This document shows, piece by piece, positions 53,671 to 63,135 of a DNA stretch of 64,000 bases. The stretch is from Minisyncoccota bacterium (GTDB taxonomy: Bacteria; Patescibacteriota; Minisyncoccia; Phycocordibacterales; Phycocordibacteraceae), in assembly GCA_036399335.1 (NCBI GenBank), contig DASWNF010000005.1, positions 6,069-70,068 of the forward strand, given 5' to 3'. Within the stretch, counting starts at the first letter, position 1. Each line of letters opens with the position of its first letter. Below the pieces are notes generated by a model. That model saw only the letters and a list, made by a program, of their open reading frames with translations, was not told the origin of the DNA and searched no databases. Position numbers and translations under genes: made by a program.

Positions 53671-53904
53671 CTACATCAAGGGGCCGGGGTCGGCGTATGT
53701 CGCTGTCGCCCGTCGTATCGTCGGGGAAGTTTTGAGTATTACGAAATATGTGGCCGACAGCGCGAGTGAGATGAGGAGAAGCAGCGTACTAAAATATTCC
53801 TGCGCAAAAAGAAGACAAAAGACCTGGTAAAAGACACTTCCAATCCAGAACCAAAAGAAGACCGTGAAAAGGATGAGGAGGAACGCTTGTACTTGTTTCT
53901 TCAT
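53671..53904 (-). CDS. small membrane protein
   Basis: 77 aa, two hydrophobic helices. Confidence 0.35.
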   Translation of the reverse strand: MKKQVQAFLLILFTVFFWFWIGSVFYQVFCLLFAQEYFSTLLLLISLALSATYFVILKTSPTIRRATATYADPGPLM

Positions 53905-53906
53905 GT

Positions 53907-54215
53907 CTAGGCAGTCTGTACCAGCAGTGCCGCCGCGTGCTTCCGGCGAACGAGGTCATAGGCGTCATACCCGAAGGCGAGTCCGGCGATGAAGTACGAG
54001 AGCCCTTCGAGGTACCGGCCAACCGTCCCGACGGAAAGGAGTATTTCCTGGTGCGCCGGGGCCGGGTCCGTCAGGATGACGATGCCGAAGAGGACTGAGG
54101 CCATGAGCGTAAGGGTGCCGAAGACCATCCGCTCGCGTATGAGGAGGTACCCGAGGCCCGGGATGAGGGCATTAACGATGCCGGCGGAAATAGGGTTTGC
54201 GTGCATAGCCCCCAT
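53907..54215 (-). CDS. small three-TM membrane protein
   Basis: 102 aa hydrophobic. Confidence 0.4.
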   Translation of the reverse strand: MGAMHANPISAGIVNALIPGLGYLLIRERMVFGTLTLMASVLFGIVILTDPAPAHQEILLSVGTVGRYLEGLSYFIAGLAFGYDAYDLVRRKHAAALLVQTA

Positions 54216-54296
54216 GGTAGCGCTTCGTACGTTCTTGCCAAGTGCTTCCTGCCTGATAACAAAAAAGCCCCCGTGCGGAGGCTTTTTTGGAAGCGG

Positions 54297-54695
54297 CTAG
54301 CGCTTCGACCACTGCGGGCGCTTGCGCGCCTTCCGGAGTCCCGGTTTCTTGCGCTCTACGGCGCGTGGGTCGCGCTTAAGGAACCCGGCAGCCTTGAGTG
54401 GCGACCGGAGGCTTTCCTTGGCGAGCGTGAGCGCGCGGGCGACTCCCATGCGCACGGCTTCTGCCTGGGCATTAATGCCGCCACCGTTCACCTTGGCCTC
54501 AATGGTGTAGGTGCCATCGACGTCCTCGAGGTTAATCGGGTCAAGCGGGATGGCGCGGCGTTCCTTCGTGTTGAAGTACTCCTCGCCGGACTTACCGTTC
54601 ACCGTAACGCTCGTCTTCGCGGCCGGCGTGAGCTTAACCCGCGCGGTTGCGGTCTTGCGGCGGCCGACGGCCAGGGTGTAGGTCTGTTCAGGCAT
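54297..54695 (-). CDS. rpsI: 30S ribosomal protein S9
   Basis: 132 aa; GRRKTATARV ... C-terminal PGLRKARKRPQWSKR. Confidence 0.92.
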   Translation of the reverse strand: MPEQTYTLAVGRRKTATARVKLTPAAKTSVTVNGKSGEEYFNTKERRAIPLDPINLEDVDGTYTIEAKVNGGGINAQAEAVRMGVARALTLAKESLRSPLKAAGFLKRDPRAVERKKPGLRKARKRPQWSKR

Positions 54696-54714
54696 AACGT
54701 AAATAATTAAATGA

Positions 54715-55140
54715 CTAGAGGGAAATCGTGAGGCGCTTCATGCGTTCCTTGCGGAGCGAGTTGCGCGGGATCATCCCGTCCACGGCCTTGCGGATAACTT
54801 CCTCGATACCCTTCTTCTCCTTAAGCATGGCGAGGGTCTGGATGCGGAGGCCGCCCGGGTAGCCCGTGTAGCGGGTGTACTCCTTCTGGAGCATCTTCTT
54901 CTCGCCGATAACGAGCTTCGACGCGTTCGTGATCTCGACTTCGACCGGGAGGACGAAGTTCTTCACGTAGTGCGCGGACTTCTTGCCGAGGAGCGCGCTT
55001 GCAGCCTCGCTTGCGACGCGTCCGAGTGCGCGACCCTTCGCGTCTACTGTGTAGCGGATGGTCTCAACGCCCTGGAGGGTGCGCTGCTTCGAGACTTTCT
55101 GCGCGATGGTGAGGCGGATTTTCTTTGGTGTGGTTGGCAT
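54715..55140 (-). CDS. rplM: 50S ribosomal protein L13
   Basis: start at MPTTPKK Met (alternative MSAMPTT at 55149); conserved L13 core GRLASEVA-like RVASEAASALLGK. Confidence 0.88.
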   Translation of the reverse strand: MPTTPKKIRLTIAQKVSKQRTLQGVETIRYTVDAKGRALGRVASEAASALLGKKSAHYVKNFVLPVEVEITNASKLVIGEKKMLQKEYTRYTGYPGGLRIQTLAMLKEKKGIEEVIRKAVDGMIPRNSLRKERMKRLTISL

Positions 55141-55150
55141 GGCGGACATA

Positions 55151-55504
55151 TTAGACGAAGGCGATATACGCGTTGTCGCGGGCGTTCGTCGCATTCGGTG
55201 CGCGCTTCACGATGCGTACGTAGCCGCCGGGGCGGTTAGCGTAGCGCGGGCTGAGCGTCGCGAAGACTTTCTTCACGGCTGCCGCGTCTCCCCCGAGGCG
55301 GGCGGCGACGAGACGGCGGTTGGCGACGGTGTCGGCACGGCCATGCGAGATCACTTTCTCGATGAACGGGCGGAGTTCCTTGGCCTTGGCCTCGGTGGTC
55401 GAGATCCGCTCATGGATGATGAGGGAGCGCGCAAGCGACCGCACCAGCGCGGTGCGCTGGTTTGATGGCCGATTGAAAGCACGTCCTTTACTGTGGTGTC
55501 GCAT
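55151..55504 (-). CDS. rplQ: 50S ribosomal protein L17
   Basis: 117 aa; MRHHSKGRAFNRPSNQRTALVRSLARSLI... Confidence 0.92.
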   Translation of the reverse strand: MRHHSKGRAFNRPSNQRTALVRSLARSLIIHERISTTEAKAKELRPFIEKVISHGRADTVANRRLVAARLGGDAAAVKKVFATLSPRYANRPGGYVRIVKRAPNATNARDNAYIAFV

Positions 55505-55549
55505 AACGTAGTCCTAGCTTTTTAACACATTCGTCGTTTCCCGTCGAAT

Positions 55550-56488
55550 TTACTCGCCCTTGAGCGAGAGCCCGAGGGTGGTAAGCGCCTCGCTAATCTC
55601 CGTCACTGCCTTATCGCCGATGCCGTCGAGCTCGCGGAGCGCGGACGGCGTCTTGCGGGTAAGGCCGGCGACGGTCTTGATGCCGGCATCGGTAAGCGCC
55701 GAAGTAACGCGGGCGCCGAGGCCCAGTTCTTCGACCTTCGTCTTGCCTGCATCCTTCGCTTCAGCACTGTCTTCGCTCGGGGAGCCGTCCATCTCACTCT
55801 CCTCCTGGAAGCCGATAACGGCCTTCAGTTGGTGGATCATGATCTCGATGGAGCGCTCAAGCGCCTCACGGGGACCAACGGTGCCGTTCGTCTCGATGAG
55901 GATGCGCAGGCGGTTGAAGTCCGTGCGGTCACCGACGCGCATGTTCTCTACCTCGTAGTTCACGCGGCGGATAGGGGTGAAGGTCGCATCAAGCGCGATG
56001 GTGCCGATGTCTACCTTCTCGCGGGTAAGGACCTCGCGCGGCACGTAGCCGAGGCCGCGTTCAATCGTCGCCTCGAGCTCAAAGGGTACCTTGCCGGCGA
56101 TGTCGGTGATGTACTGGTCGGGGTTGGCTATCTCGACCTGGGTCGGAAGCGTGAAGTCTCCGGCGGTAACGGTCTTCGGTCCCTTCACCGAAAGGCGAAC
56201 GGTCTGCGGCTCATCACCGTGCAGCACGAAGTGTACGCGCTTCAGGTTGAGGAGGATCTCCATGACGGATTCGCGGACGCCCTCGATGGTGGCGAACTCG
56301 TGCGGCACGTCCTCGATCTTAACCGAGGTAACGGCTGCTCCCGAAAGGGATGAAAGGATAATGCGGCGGAGCGAGTTGCCGAGCGTATGCCCGTAACCCG
56401 GATACAGCGAATCAATTTCGTAAATGCCCTGGAGGCCTTCTTCGCGAACAACGCGGGGCTTTCCGGGGAGGGTGACTTGGTATTCCAT
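55550..56488 (-). CDS. rpoA: DNA-directed RNA polymerase alpha subunit
   Basis: 312 aa; N-terminal dimerisation domain and C-terminal alphaCTD (HhH). Confidence 0.95.
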   Translation of the reverse strand: MEYQVTLPGKPRVVREEGLQGIYEIDSLYPGYGHTLGNSLRRIILSSLSGAAVTSVKIEDVPHEFATIEGVRESVMEILLNLKRVHFVLHGDEPQTVRLSVKGPKTVTAGDFTLPTQVEIANPDQYITDIAGKVPFELEATIERGLGYVPREVLTREKVDIGTIALDATFTPIRRVNYEVENMRVGDRTDFNRLRILIETNGTVGPREALERSIEIMIHQLKAVIGFQEESEMDGSPSEDSAEAKDAGKTKVEELGLGARVTSALTDAGIKTVAGLTRKTPSALRELDGIGDKAVTEISEALTTLGLSLKGE

Positions 56489-56539
56489 GACTCAATCTAA
56501 GTTAACCAGTGAATAAATACTCAAACAGCACACTACAAC

Positions 56540-57154
56540 CTAACGGCTGTAGAACGACAGCACGGCGCTCAAATCGCCCGCCGGGTCCGCAGACTCGGTA
56601 GTCGGCATCATGGTGATGCCGCCCGCCATAGTCTTAGGGTCCCAGGTGAGCCATGAGGCAAGCGACCGCTCGGCGAACCGTTCCGTGAAGTTATCGAAGA
56701 GGGCGCGTGTACGGCTTCCCTCGCGGATAGCGATGACGTCGCCGACCTTAATCGTGCGGGAAGGCACGGTGGTCTTGCGGCCGTTCACGGTGATGTGTCC
56801 GTGTGACGCCATCTGGCGCGCGGCGCGGCGCGTAGGCGCGAGGCCGAGGCGGTACGCGACGTTATCAAGACGGGTCTCGATGAGGCGGTGGAGCGTCTCG
56901 GCTGGAGTTACCTCGCGGCCGTGGGAACGCATCGCTTCACGGACGTACTCACTGAACTTGCGCTCGGTGAGGCCGTACGTGATGCGCACCTTCTGCTTCT
57001 CGAGGAGCTGGCGTCCGTACTCGGTCGGACCGCGTCCACGTCCACGGGTCTTCGCACGGCGCTCGCTGGCGACGGCAAATTTCTGCGTCTGGGTCTTTTC
57101 GAATACCGAGGCTCCAAGGCGCTTGGCGATCTTATATTTTGGTCCGACTTTCAT
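56540..57154 (-). CDS. rpsD: 30S ribosomal protein S4
   Basis: 204 aa; S4 domain with typical N-terminus KYKIAKRLG. Confidence 0.93.
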   Translation of the reverse strand: MKVGPKYKIAKRLGASVFEKTQTQKFAVASERRAKTRGRGRGPTEYGRQLLEKQKVRITYGLTERKFSEYVREAMRSHGREVTPAETLHRLIETRLDNVAYRLGLAPTRRAARQMASHGHITVNGRKTTVPSRTIKVGDVIAIREGSRTRALFDNFTERFAERSLASWLTWDPKTMAGGITMMPTTESADPAGDLSAVLSFYSR

Positions 57155-57172
57155 ACTGATGATGACTGATAA

Positions 57173-57607
57173 CTATACGCGACGAGGCTTCGGCGGGCGC
57201 GGGCCGTTGTGCGGCACCGGCGTCGCGTCCTTAATAGCGCGGATGGCGATACCCTTTCCGGCAAATGCGCGGAGTGCGGACTCGCGTCCGGCACCGACGC
57301 CGCGGATGATGACCGATGCCTCCTTGAGGCCGATAACCATCGCGCGTTCGCCGAGGAGCTCGCCGACCTTAGCCGCTGCATACGGCGTCGACTTGCGGGC
57401 GCCTGAGAAGCCAAGCGCGCCTGCAGACGAGGAGATGATGGCATTGCCCTTCTCGTCCGTAAGCACAGCCTTCGTGTTGTTGAAGGTTGCCTCGACGTGG
57501 AGCACGCCGCGCTCAAGGCGCTTCTTAACGGCCTTTGAGAGCGCCCGGTCCTTGCGGCCCTGGTCGAGTCCCTTGCCTGACTTCTTGATGATTCGTTTCT
57601 TACCCAT
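57173..57607 (-). CDS. rpsK: 30S ribosomal protein S11
   Basis: 144 aa; HVEATFNNTKAVLTD... Confidence 0.93.
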   Translation of the reverse strand: MGKKRIIKKSGKGLDQGRKDRALSKAVKKRLERGVLHVEATFNNTKAVLTDEKGNAIISSSAGALGFSGARKSTPYAAAKVGELLGERAMVIGLKEASVIIRGVGAGRESALRAFAGKGIAIRAIKDATPVPHNGPRPPKPRRV

Positions 57608-57628
57608 GGTGATTTAGTGCAGTACGGA

Positions 57629-58009
57629 TTAGGTCTTTTCGAGCGTGCGGCGTCCAGAACCCATGGTCTTACGGGTGTTCCCGCGGACGGTACGTGAGTT
57701 CGTCTTCGTGCGCTGGGCACGGACGGGCAGGCGGCGCTCATGGCGGACGCCCCGGGCGGAACGGATGTCCTTCAGGCGCTTGATGTTCTGGGAGACTTCG
57801 CGGCGGAGCTCACCTTCAATCGTGAAGCCCTCGGCGAGGGTGCGTATCGTCTGCTCCTCGTCGGCGGAAAGCTCGCTTCCCTTCTTGGTAGGTTCAACCT
57901 TCGCCTCCTTGAGGATCTCAAGGGCGCGGGTCGGGCCAATGCCAAAGATAAGCGGCAGCGAGTATGCAAGCTGCTTGTTGTCGGGAAGGGTTACTCCGGC
58001 GATACGCAT
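57629..58009 (-). CDS. rpsM: 30S ribosomal protein S13
   Basis: 126 aa; MRIAGVTLP...GIG... Confidence 0.93.
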   Translation of the reverse strand: MRIAGVTLPDNKQLAYSLPLIFGIGPTRALEILKEAKVEPTKKGSELSADEEQTIRTLAEGFTIEGELRREVSQNIKRLKDIRSARGVRHERRLPVRAQRTKTNSRTVRGNTRKTMGSGRRTLEKT

Positions 58010-58051
58010 GGTTAATGACTATTACGGTAAATAAAAACGTATTAAATAAAA

Positions 58052-58168
58052 CTAGCCCTGGCGAGCCTTACGGCGCGGGTTCCGCTTGTTGATACGGTAG
58101 AGGCGCCCGCGACGGCGGACGATGATATCTCCAGGCTGCTGGACTTTGATGGATGCGCGTACTTTCAT
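58052..58168 (-). CDS. rpmJ: 50S ribosomal protein L36 (38 aa, below ORF-track cutoff)
   Basis: reverse-strand translation [38 protein letters not shown], located between infA and rpsM as expected. Confidence 0.85.
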   Translation of the reverse strand: MKVRASIKVQQPGDIIVRRRGRLYRINKRNPRRKARQG

Positions 58169-58172
58169 GTTC

Positions 58173-58400
58173 TTAAAGGCGCCTCACGATGCGAGCCCGT
58201 CCCCCGTACGGGTCAGTGACAAGTTCTACCTTGTCCCCGACGAGTACACGGATACGGTGAAGGCGCATTTTCCCCGCGAGATAGGCGAGCAAAAGCTCAC
58301 CTTCGGGCATGCGGATACGGAATAACGAATTAGGTAGCACTTCTTCTACAGTGCCTGTTGTTGGTTCCGCTTTTCCTTCCTCCATGTGTGGCTTAGCCAT
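58173..58400 (-). CDS. infA: translation initiation factor IF-1
   Basis: 75 aa from [10 protein letters not shown]1-like OB fold [31 protein letters not shown]. Confidence 0.9.
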   Translation of the reverse strand: MAKPHMEEGKAEPTTGTVEEVLPNSLFRIRMPEGELLLAYLAGKMRLHRIRVLVGDKVELVTDPYGGRARIVRRL

Positions 58401-58537
58401 AGTAACAAGAAGGCTATTTACCGTCAAATACTACTTCGGTGGATACTTGTGTAGCGCAAAGCTCAAAAGTAGACTTTTATTGATTAATCCAAATATACGA
58501 TGCATTATCTTATCCACGAGTCCTTAATCAGGGAGTA

Positions 58538-58786
58538 ATGATGATGGATCGCGGTACGTCCTTTAAGAAAGAGCTGCAGGCACTGTGCATCGTGGTGACT
58601 ATCCTGCTCGCGGCGACATTATTGATTTTCGGGCTGCTCCAGTTTATTTGGGTAGCCAGCGAATATCGGCCGGGCAACAGGGGTTACAACAGCATGCTGG
58701 CCGACGCCTACCTCCTCATGGGGGTTGGCGTCATCCTCCTGCAGAACTGCCTGCGGCGGATGCGCGAGCTCTGGCCCGCGCGATAA
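58538..58786 (+). CDS. small two-TM membrane protein
   Basis: 82 aa; followed by strong bidirectional terminator. Confidence 0.4.
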   Translation: MMMDRGTSFKKELQALCIVVTILLAATLLIFGLLQFIWVASEYRPGNRGYNSMLADAYLLMGVGVILLQNCLRRMRELWPAR

Positions 58787-58787
58787 T

Positions 58788-58822
58788 CAAAAGGGCGCCG
58801 CGAGTATCGCGGCGCCCTTTCT
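58788..58822. terminator. bidirectional terminator AAAGGGCGCCGCG-AGTAT-CGCGGCGCCCTTT
   Basis: perfect 13-bp stem with A/T flanks between convergent genes. Confidence 0.7.
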
Positions 58823-58845
58823 CATTTAGTCCCTCTATATATCTA

Positions 58846-59433
58846 TTACCAGAGGTAGAGCGTCTCGGTCTTTTTATTGAGCTTAAGGGTCGTGAGGTCC
58901 TCCTTCGTGTTCCCTACCTTATACCCGAGCGTCGTGAACTGGACAGCGTAGTTACCCGACTCCTTAGGGGTAAGCCATACTGTTGCCGTAATGGGGGACG
59001 ACTTCCCGTTCTTGATCTTGCAGTACCCCTTGGCCTTCGTTGAGCAGGATACTTTGGAGAGCTGTAGGCCGCTGAAGTCGTCACCCTTGAGGGTATAGGA
59101 CACGCCAGTCTCGCCACGCGTCGAGTCAGTCGTCGTCATCGGGATGTAGATATCAGCACCTGAAGCGGTCGCGATGAACTCAATCTCGAAGCCGCCATAG
59201 CCTTCTGCCTTGAAGATTGTGTTGCGCACCTCGATGCCACTAATGCTAAGCGTGCCCTCTTTAGACGGAGACGGTTTCTGTGTGGCCTTAGCTTCGAGGT
59301 CGGCGAGCTTCGCCGTGAGGGAAGCTATCTGGGACTTCAGCTTCGCAATGTCCTTTGCGTAATCGGTCGTTGCGGCCTGGGCAGGTACGGCAATGAGGAA
59401 GAGGAATGCTGCGAGGATAAGGAATTTCTTCAT
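58846..59433 (-). CDS. secreted protein with signal peptide and coiled-coil
   Basis: 195 aa; MKKFLILAAFLFLIAVPAQAA signal, then heptad-like region. Confidence 0.5.
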   Translation of the reverse strand: MKKFLILAAFLFLIAVPAQAATTDYAKDIAKLKSQIASLTAKLADLEAKATQKPSPSKEGTLSISGIEVRNTIFKAEGYGGFEIEFIATASGADIYIPMTTTDSTRGETGVSYTLKGDDFSGLQLSKVSCSTKAKGYCKIKNGKSSPITATVWLTPKESGNYAVQFTTLGYKVGNTKEDLTTLKLNKKTETLYLW

Positions 59434-59441
59434 AGGTGAGG

Positions 59442-60701
59442 TTATGAGGCTGGTTGTGCAGTGCTGACTTCGATATCACCGGGGTCGCTCGGGAACGAGT
59501 TCGACCAGAACGGTCGGAGCACGAGCGTGGCGCTCGCTACCTCTGGGAAGCTCGAGAGGATGTTTGTTGCGGCGTCGCGCGTCTTCCCTGCTACGGCTCC
59601 GGCGATGCGCTCAGGGTCGATGTCCCAGACGAGCGTCGTATTTCCTGAAAGCGAGAAGGAGTAGGTTTCTGCGCCTACCGGGGCTCCTTCGACGGCCGGC
59701 TTTAGGGTAAGTCCGCTTGGGTCCGGAAGTGAGATTGGCTGTCCGGCGTATGAGCCGACTACCTTATAGGCGATGGCCTTGGCGAGCGCGTTCTGGGGGA
59801 AGACGACGGCCGTCATCGTGCCCTTCGTCGTTACCGTCACGGTGTTGTCGCGGCCGGCCGTATCAGGCACCGGGGTGTAGCTCACGAACGAGGCACCGGG
59901 GACGAGTACGTAATTCTCAGGCACTTCTGCCTGCATGCCCTCGCGGAGGCTCGTCTCGAGCGCCGCGCGGTTCTTCGTGTCCTGCGCCTCGCGCGTGCCC
60001 TGGGAGACGCTTGCGCGGGTGCCGGAGAAGCCGCCCGTCATAGGGCCCGCTGACTTTGCGGTAACGAGGTCATAGGCAGGGGTGCCGCGCAGGCCGGGAA
60101 CGGTAAAGGTTGAAGGACCTATGTTATACGTATCGCCGCCAGCGTCCGCATATACCGTGACCTCAAGCGTGCCCGGAGAGGAAGCCGAGCCGGCCGGCAC
60201 GCTTATCGAGTCCTGGATGCGGTAGATGAGGCCGTTCGGGCTCTCAAAGCGCGTGTTCTTAATGAGGGTCTGGGGCGATGCCTGGGCGTTTGAGATCGTT
60301 ATCTTCCCTGACGCCGGATCGTTTGCCGTTTCTGTTGACTCGGCTGCAACGGGCGTACCCGCCGTCTTCTCGACGGTCACTATCTCAAACGGGAGGTCGC
60401 CGTTGCTTGCCGTGGCCGTGAAGTCGCCGGTAACGAAGGCGCTGTTGGCGGTCGGCGTGACCTTAACTTCGGCGCCGGAGAAGTAGTACATGGCACCTAC
60501 CGTGGCGAGCACGATAAGGAGCACGATGACGCCCGTGCCAAATGGGAAGCGCTTCCCGCCGCGGGGGCGGCGCGGTTCGTCAGAAAGCGGTTGAGGCGGT
60601 GGCGGCGGAGGGGCGCTGAAGCCACCCGCGGGAGCCCTCCCCTCGAGCTCCATGGCGCGGCGGCGCGAAGGCGGAATGATGTCCGTAATCGTCTTGTTCA
60701 T
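59442..60701 (-). CDS. bitopic membrane protein with Pro-rich cytoplasmic N-terminus and large extracytoplasmic domain
   Basis: 419 aa; PPPPPPQPLSDEPRRPRGGKR then TM (GVIVLLIVLATVGAMYY) then T/S/G-rich beta-like domain. Confidence 0.5.
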   Translation of the reverse strand: MNKTITDIIPPSRRRAMELEGRAPAGGFSAPPPPPPQPLSDEPRRPRGGKRFPFGTGVIVLLIVLATVGAMYYFSGAEVKVTPTANSAFVTGDFTATASNGDLPFEIVTVEKTAGTPVAAESTETANDPASGKITISNAQASPQTLIKNTRFESPNGLIYRIQDSISVPAGSASSPGTLEVTVYADAGGDTYNIGPSTFTVPGLRGTPAYDLVTAKSAGPMTGGFSGTRASVSQGTREAQDTKNRAALETSLREGMQAEVPENYVLVPGASFVSYTPVPDTAGRDNTVTVTTKGTMTAVVFPQNALAKAIAYKVVGSYAGQPISLPDPSGLTLKPAVEGAPVGAETYSFSLSGNTTLVWDIDPERIAGAVAGKTRDAATNILSSFPEVASATLVLRPFWSNSFPSDPGDIEVSTAQPAS

Positions 60702-60790
60702 ATATGAAATAACCCAGGATTAACTCCCCTAATATGTGTTCAGTATACCCCCTGCCTACCCTTCGCTATCGCACGGCTGGGATAGTGGTG

Positions 60791-61939
60791 TTAGCGGGCA
60801 CCCTGCGTTGCATAGAGCGCGAGGAGCGAGAGCATCGTGTCACCCTCGGCGAGCCCTTGGAACGTGATCCGGGAAGAGAATTGGGAGGCCATTACCGGAA
60901 TGACCGATACGGGCTCGTCCGACAGCCAGAGCGTGTGGAGGGACGGTGCGTCGAGCGCGCTCTTAAGGAACCCGCGGGTTTCGTCTCCGGCGATGAGGAA
61001 GACCGTGCGCGGGAGCGCATGGCGCATCGCAAAGGCGCGCAGGAATCCGGCGAGCGCCTCGACCCACTCCTTCTCTGCCTTTTCAGCCTCGATGCCGAAG
61101 CGGGCGTTCCGTTCGCGGCTAATAGAAGGCTGCCCCGTCGTGCTCTCAGGGACGTCGGGTGCATCTTGGGCGAGGTCGCCTGCATGGCGGATGGCCTTGA
61201 GGAGCGGGTTCGTGCCATGCGGGAGCGAGCCCACGTCTACGACGTGCCCGCGCTTGATGGACGCGACGTCCGTCGCCTCGCTTGAGACTGAGAGGACGAG
61301 GAATTCCTTTTCATGCGGGTAGAGGTCGCGCAGGACGGCGAAGAACGGGTAGGCAAAGGCGGTGAAGGAAATGTCCGACGTATGGAACAGCTTCCTGAAG
61401 AGCGCCGTCACGTCCTCCCGGACGCTGTCTTCCATCGTCGAAGCAAGGACGGTGAGTTCGGCGCGGTTTGCGCGCTTCCCGAGTGCTTCCTTAACGGCGT
61501 ACCCATTAAGGCTCGTCGCGATGACGGTTTCCGTAAGGGTGAAGCCTTCGGGAGGCTCGGCGTCCCGCGTAAGCGCCTCGCTGATGAGGCTTTTGGAGAC
61601 GGTAAAGGGAGCGTCTTTTTGAATGGACTTCGTTTCGATGTGGGTTTCCTGCCACGGGCTCCCCATGTTCACGATAACGCGATCGACGCTCCCGCTCCCT
61701 GTGGCGGTGCGCAGTTGCGGTGCGCCTTCGAGCACGAGGCGGTCGCCCACATCGTTCAGGAGCTTCAGCATCGCTGTCGTCGGGCTTATAGTGTCGACGT
61801 GGTCGAGCGATTCGCGGAGCGTATAGCAAAGCACGGGCGCCTTACCCACCTCTATGCGCGCGAGCGCAACACCGATGCACGAGGCACTAATGTCGATGAG
61901 GGCAACCGACTCCCCTGCAGGTTTTTTTGAGAACCACAT
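60791..61939 (-). CDS. ASKHA-fold protein distantly resembling Ppx/GppA phosphatase
   Basis: 382 aa from MWFSKKP; N-terminal VALIDISASCIGVA resembles the AIDLGSNSFR phosphate-1 motif; divergent, low confidence. Confidence 0.4.
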   Translation of the reverse strand: MWFSKKPAGESVALIDISASCIGVALARIEVGKAPVLCYTLRESLDHVDTISPTTAMLKLLNDVGDRLVLEGAPQLRTATGSGSVDRVIVNMGSPWQETHIETKSIQKDAPFTVSKSLISEALTRDAEPPEGFTLTETVIATSLNGYAVKEALGKRANRAELTVLASTMEDSVREDVTALFRKLFHTSDISFTAFAYPFFAVLRDLYPHEKEFLVLSVSSEATDVASIKRGHVVDVGSLPHGTNPLLKAIRHAGDLAQDAPDVPESTTGQPSISRERNARFGIEAEKAEKEWVEALAGFLRAFAMRHALPRTVFLIAGDETRGFLKSALDAPSLHTLWLSDEPVSVIPVMASQFSSRITFQGLAEGDTMLSLLALYATQGAR

Positions 61940-62050
61940 GTCGGTAGTATAGCGCCTCCCTAGATGCCTGAAGTAGATTTTCGAATTTATTACTGGCTTG
62001 GGCACAATGCCAGAACAGTCGGGCTACCTACAGTCCCGTCTAACCCCGCT

Positions 62051-62839
62051 CTACTTCAAAAGTTCTTCCTGGGTTGCTGCAGTCGCGCGCCAAATGCTAA
62101 TCCCTACCACCGCCCCAACAATTGCCCCGGCAACGACGTCGGAGAGCCAGTGGAACCCGACCGAAGCTCCTGCGGCCACGATCAGAGCCCATGCCAGTGT
62201 GACAAAGCGTGTTGCTGGACGACGGTACGCGAGGTAGAGCACCGTAGCCCCTGCAACTGCCACGGCGGTGTGGTGGGAAGGCCATCCCCAGAAGATGCCG
62301 TGCTCGAAGAAGCCGAACTGGAAATTGCGGCTATGGTCGCTCGTCTCAAACGTCGTTAAGAACTCGGGCTGTATCCTTCCGGTGAATGTTTTGTAAACGG
62401 CGATGATAATCCACGCAACCACTGCGGCCTGTGTCGTGGCCACTGCTGCGCGTAAGGCAGTTACGTCCTTTTGTCTTTGGCCCCATATATATAGGCCGAC
62501 GGGTAAAAGTATCGGTACAAAGAACCCACCGACGCCCGCAAGCATGATGAGCGGATACAAGGCATCAATGCGGGTCTTTTGGAAGAACCACCAATCAAAG
62601 CCCGTTAATACGAGCACGGCCGTAATGCCTGCCGCAGCGACATGCCATACCCAAAAGTGCCCGCGATACGGCGCGAACATACGTTGCGGCAAGTGGCTTA
62701 GGAGTGTCTGGAACATACGTAAAGGTGAGTATACCAAGCCCGGCTCCGGGCCGTATTGTGAGCTTTCTGCGACATGTGCTACTTTCTGTCCAGACCCGAG
62801 CTCTGGAGGCACTAAATGGCGAAGCGCATGGTTTTTCAA
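62051..62839 (-). CDS. PAP2 family membrane phosphatase-like protein
   Basis: six TM; motif remnants KTFTGRIQP, WPSHHTAVA, HWLSDVVAG; start probably at an internal Met (62716 or 62680) since the first 24 nt overlap a divergent gene. Confidence 0.5.
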   Translation of the reverse strand: MKNHALRHLVPPELGSGQKVAHVAESSQYGPEPGLVYSPLRMFQTLLSHLPQRMFAPYRGHFWVWHVAAAGITAVLVLTGFDWWFFQKTRIDALYPLIMLAGVGGFFVPILLPVGLYIWGQRQKDVTALRAAVATTQAAVVAWIIIAVYKTFTGRIQPEFLTTFETSDHSRNFQFGFFEHGIFWGWPSHHTAVAVAGATVLYLAYRRPATRFVTLAWALIVAAGASVGFHWLSDVVAGAIVGAVVGISIWRATAATQEELLK

Positions 62840-63025
62840 ATCAACGACGCGGCTGAAGCGGCATTGCGTGACGTTAAGCGGCGTCTCGGCACCCTCGACG
62901 ACTCAGTTGCAATTCAATACGCACTTTCGGTAACGAGAACAATATTACCTCTCGCTGATGAGAACAACGTTATTGCTATTCTCACTGCCGAGGGCGAAGC
63001 CGAGGTACACCTCAATCCCGAGTGA
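62816..63025 (+). CDS. small hypothetical protein (possible ribbon-helix-helix-like)
   Basis: 69 aa, GGAGG SD about 8 nt upstream. Confidence 0.35.
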   Translation: MAKRMVFQINDAAEAALRDVKRRLGTLDDSVAIQYALSVTRTILPLADENNVIAILTAEGEAEVHLNPE

Positions 63026-63135
63026 GCCACCGACTGCGCGCATGCGCGTTGGTGGCTTCGTTTTATCCTGGGCCCTGAAACGTTGGAAGCAATTTCCAAC
63101 CATGCTAGGGTCTGTCCAGATTGCAGGAGGAAGTC

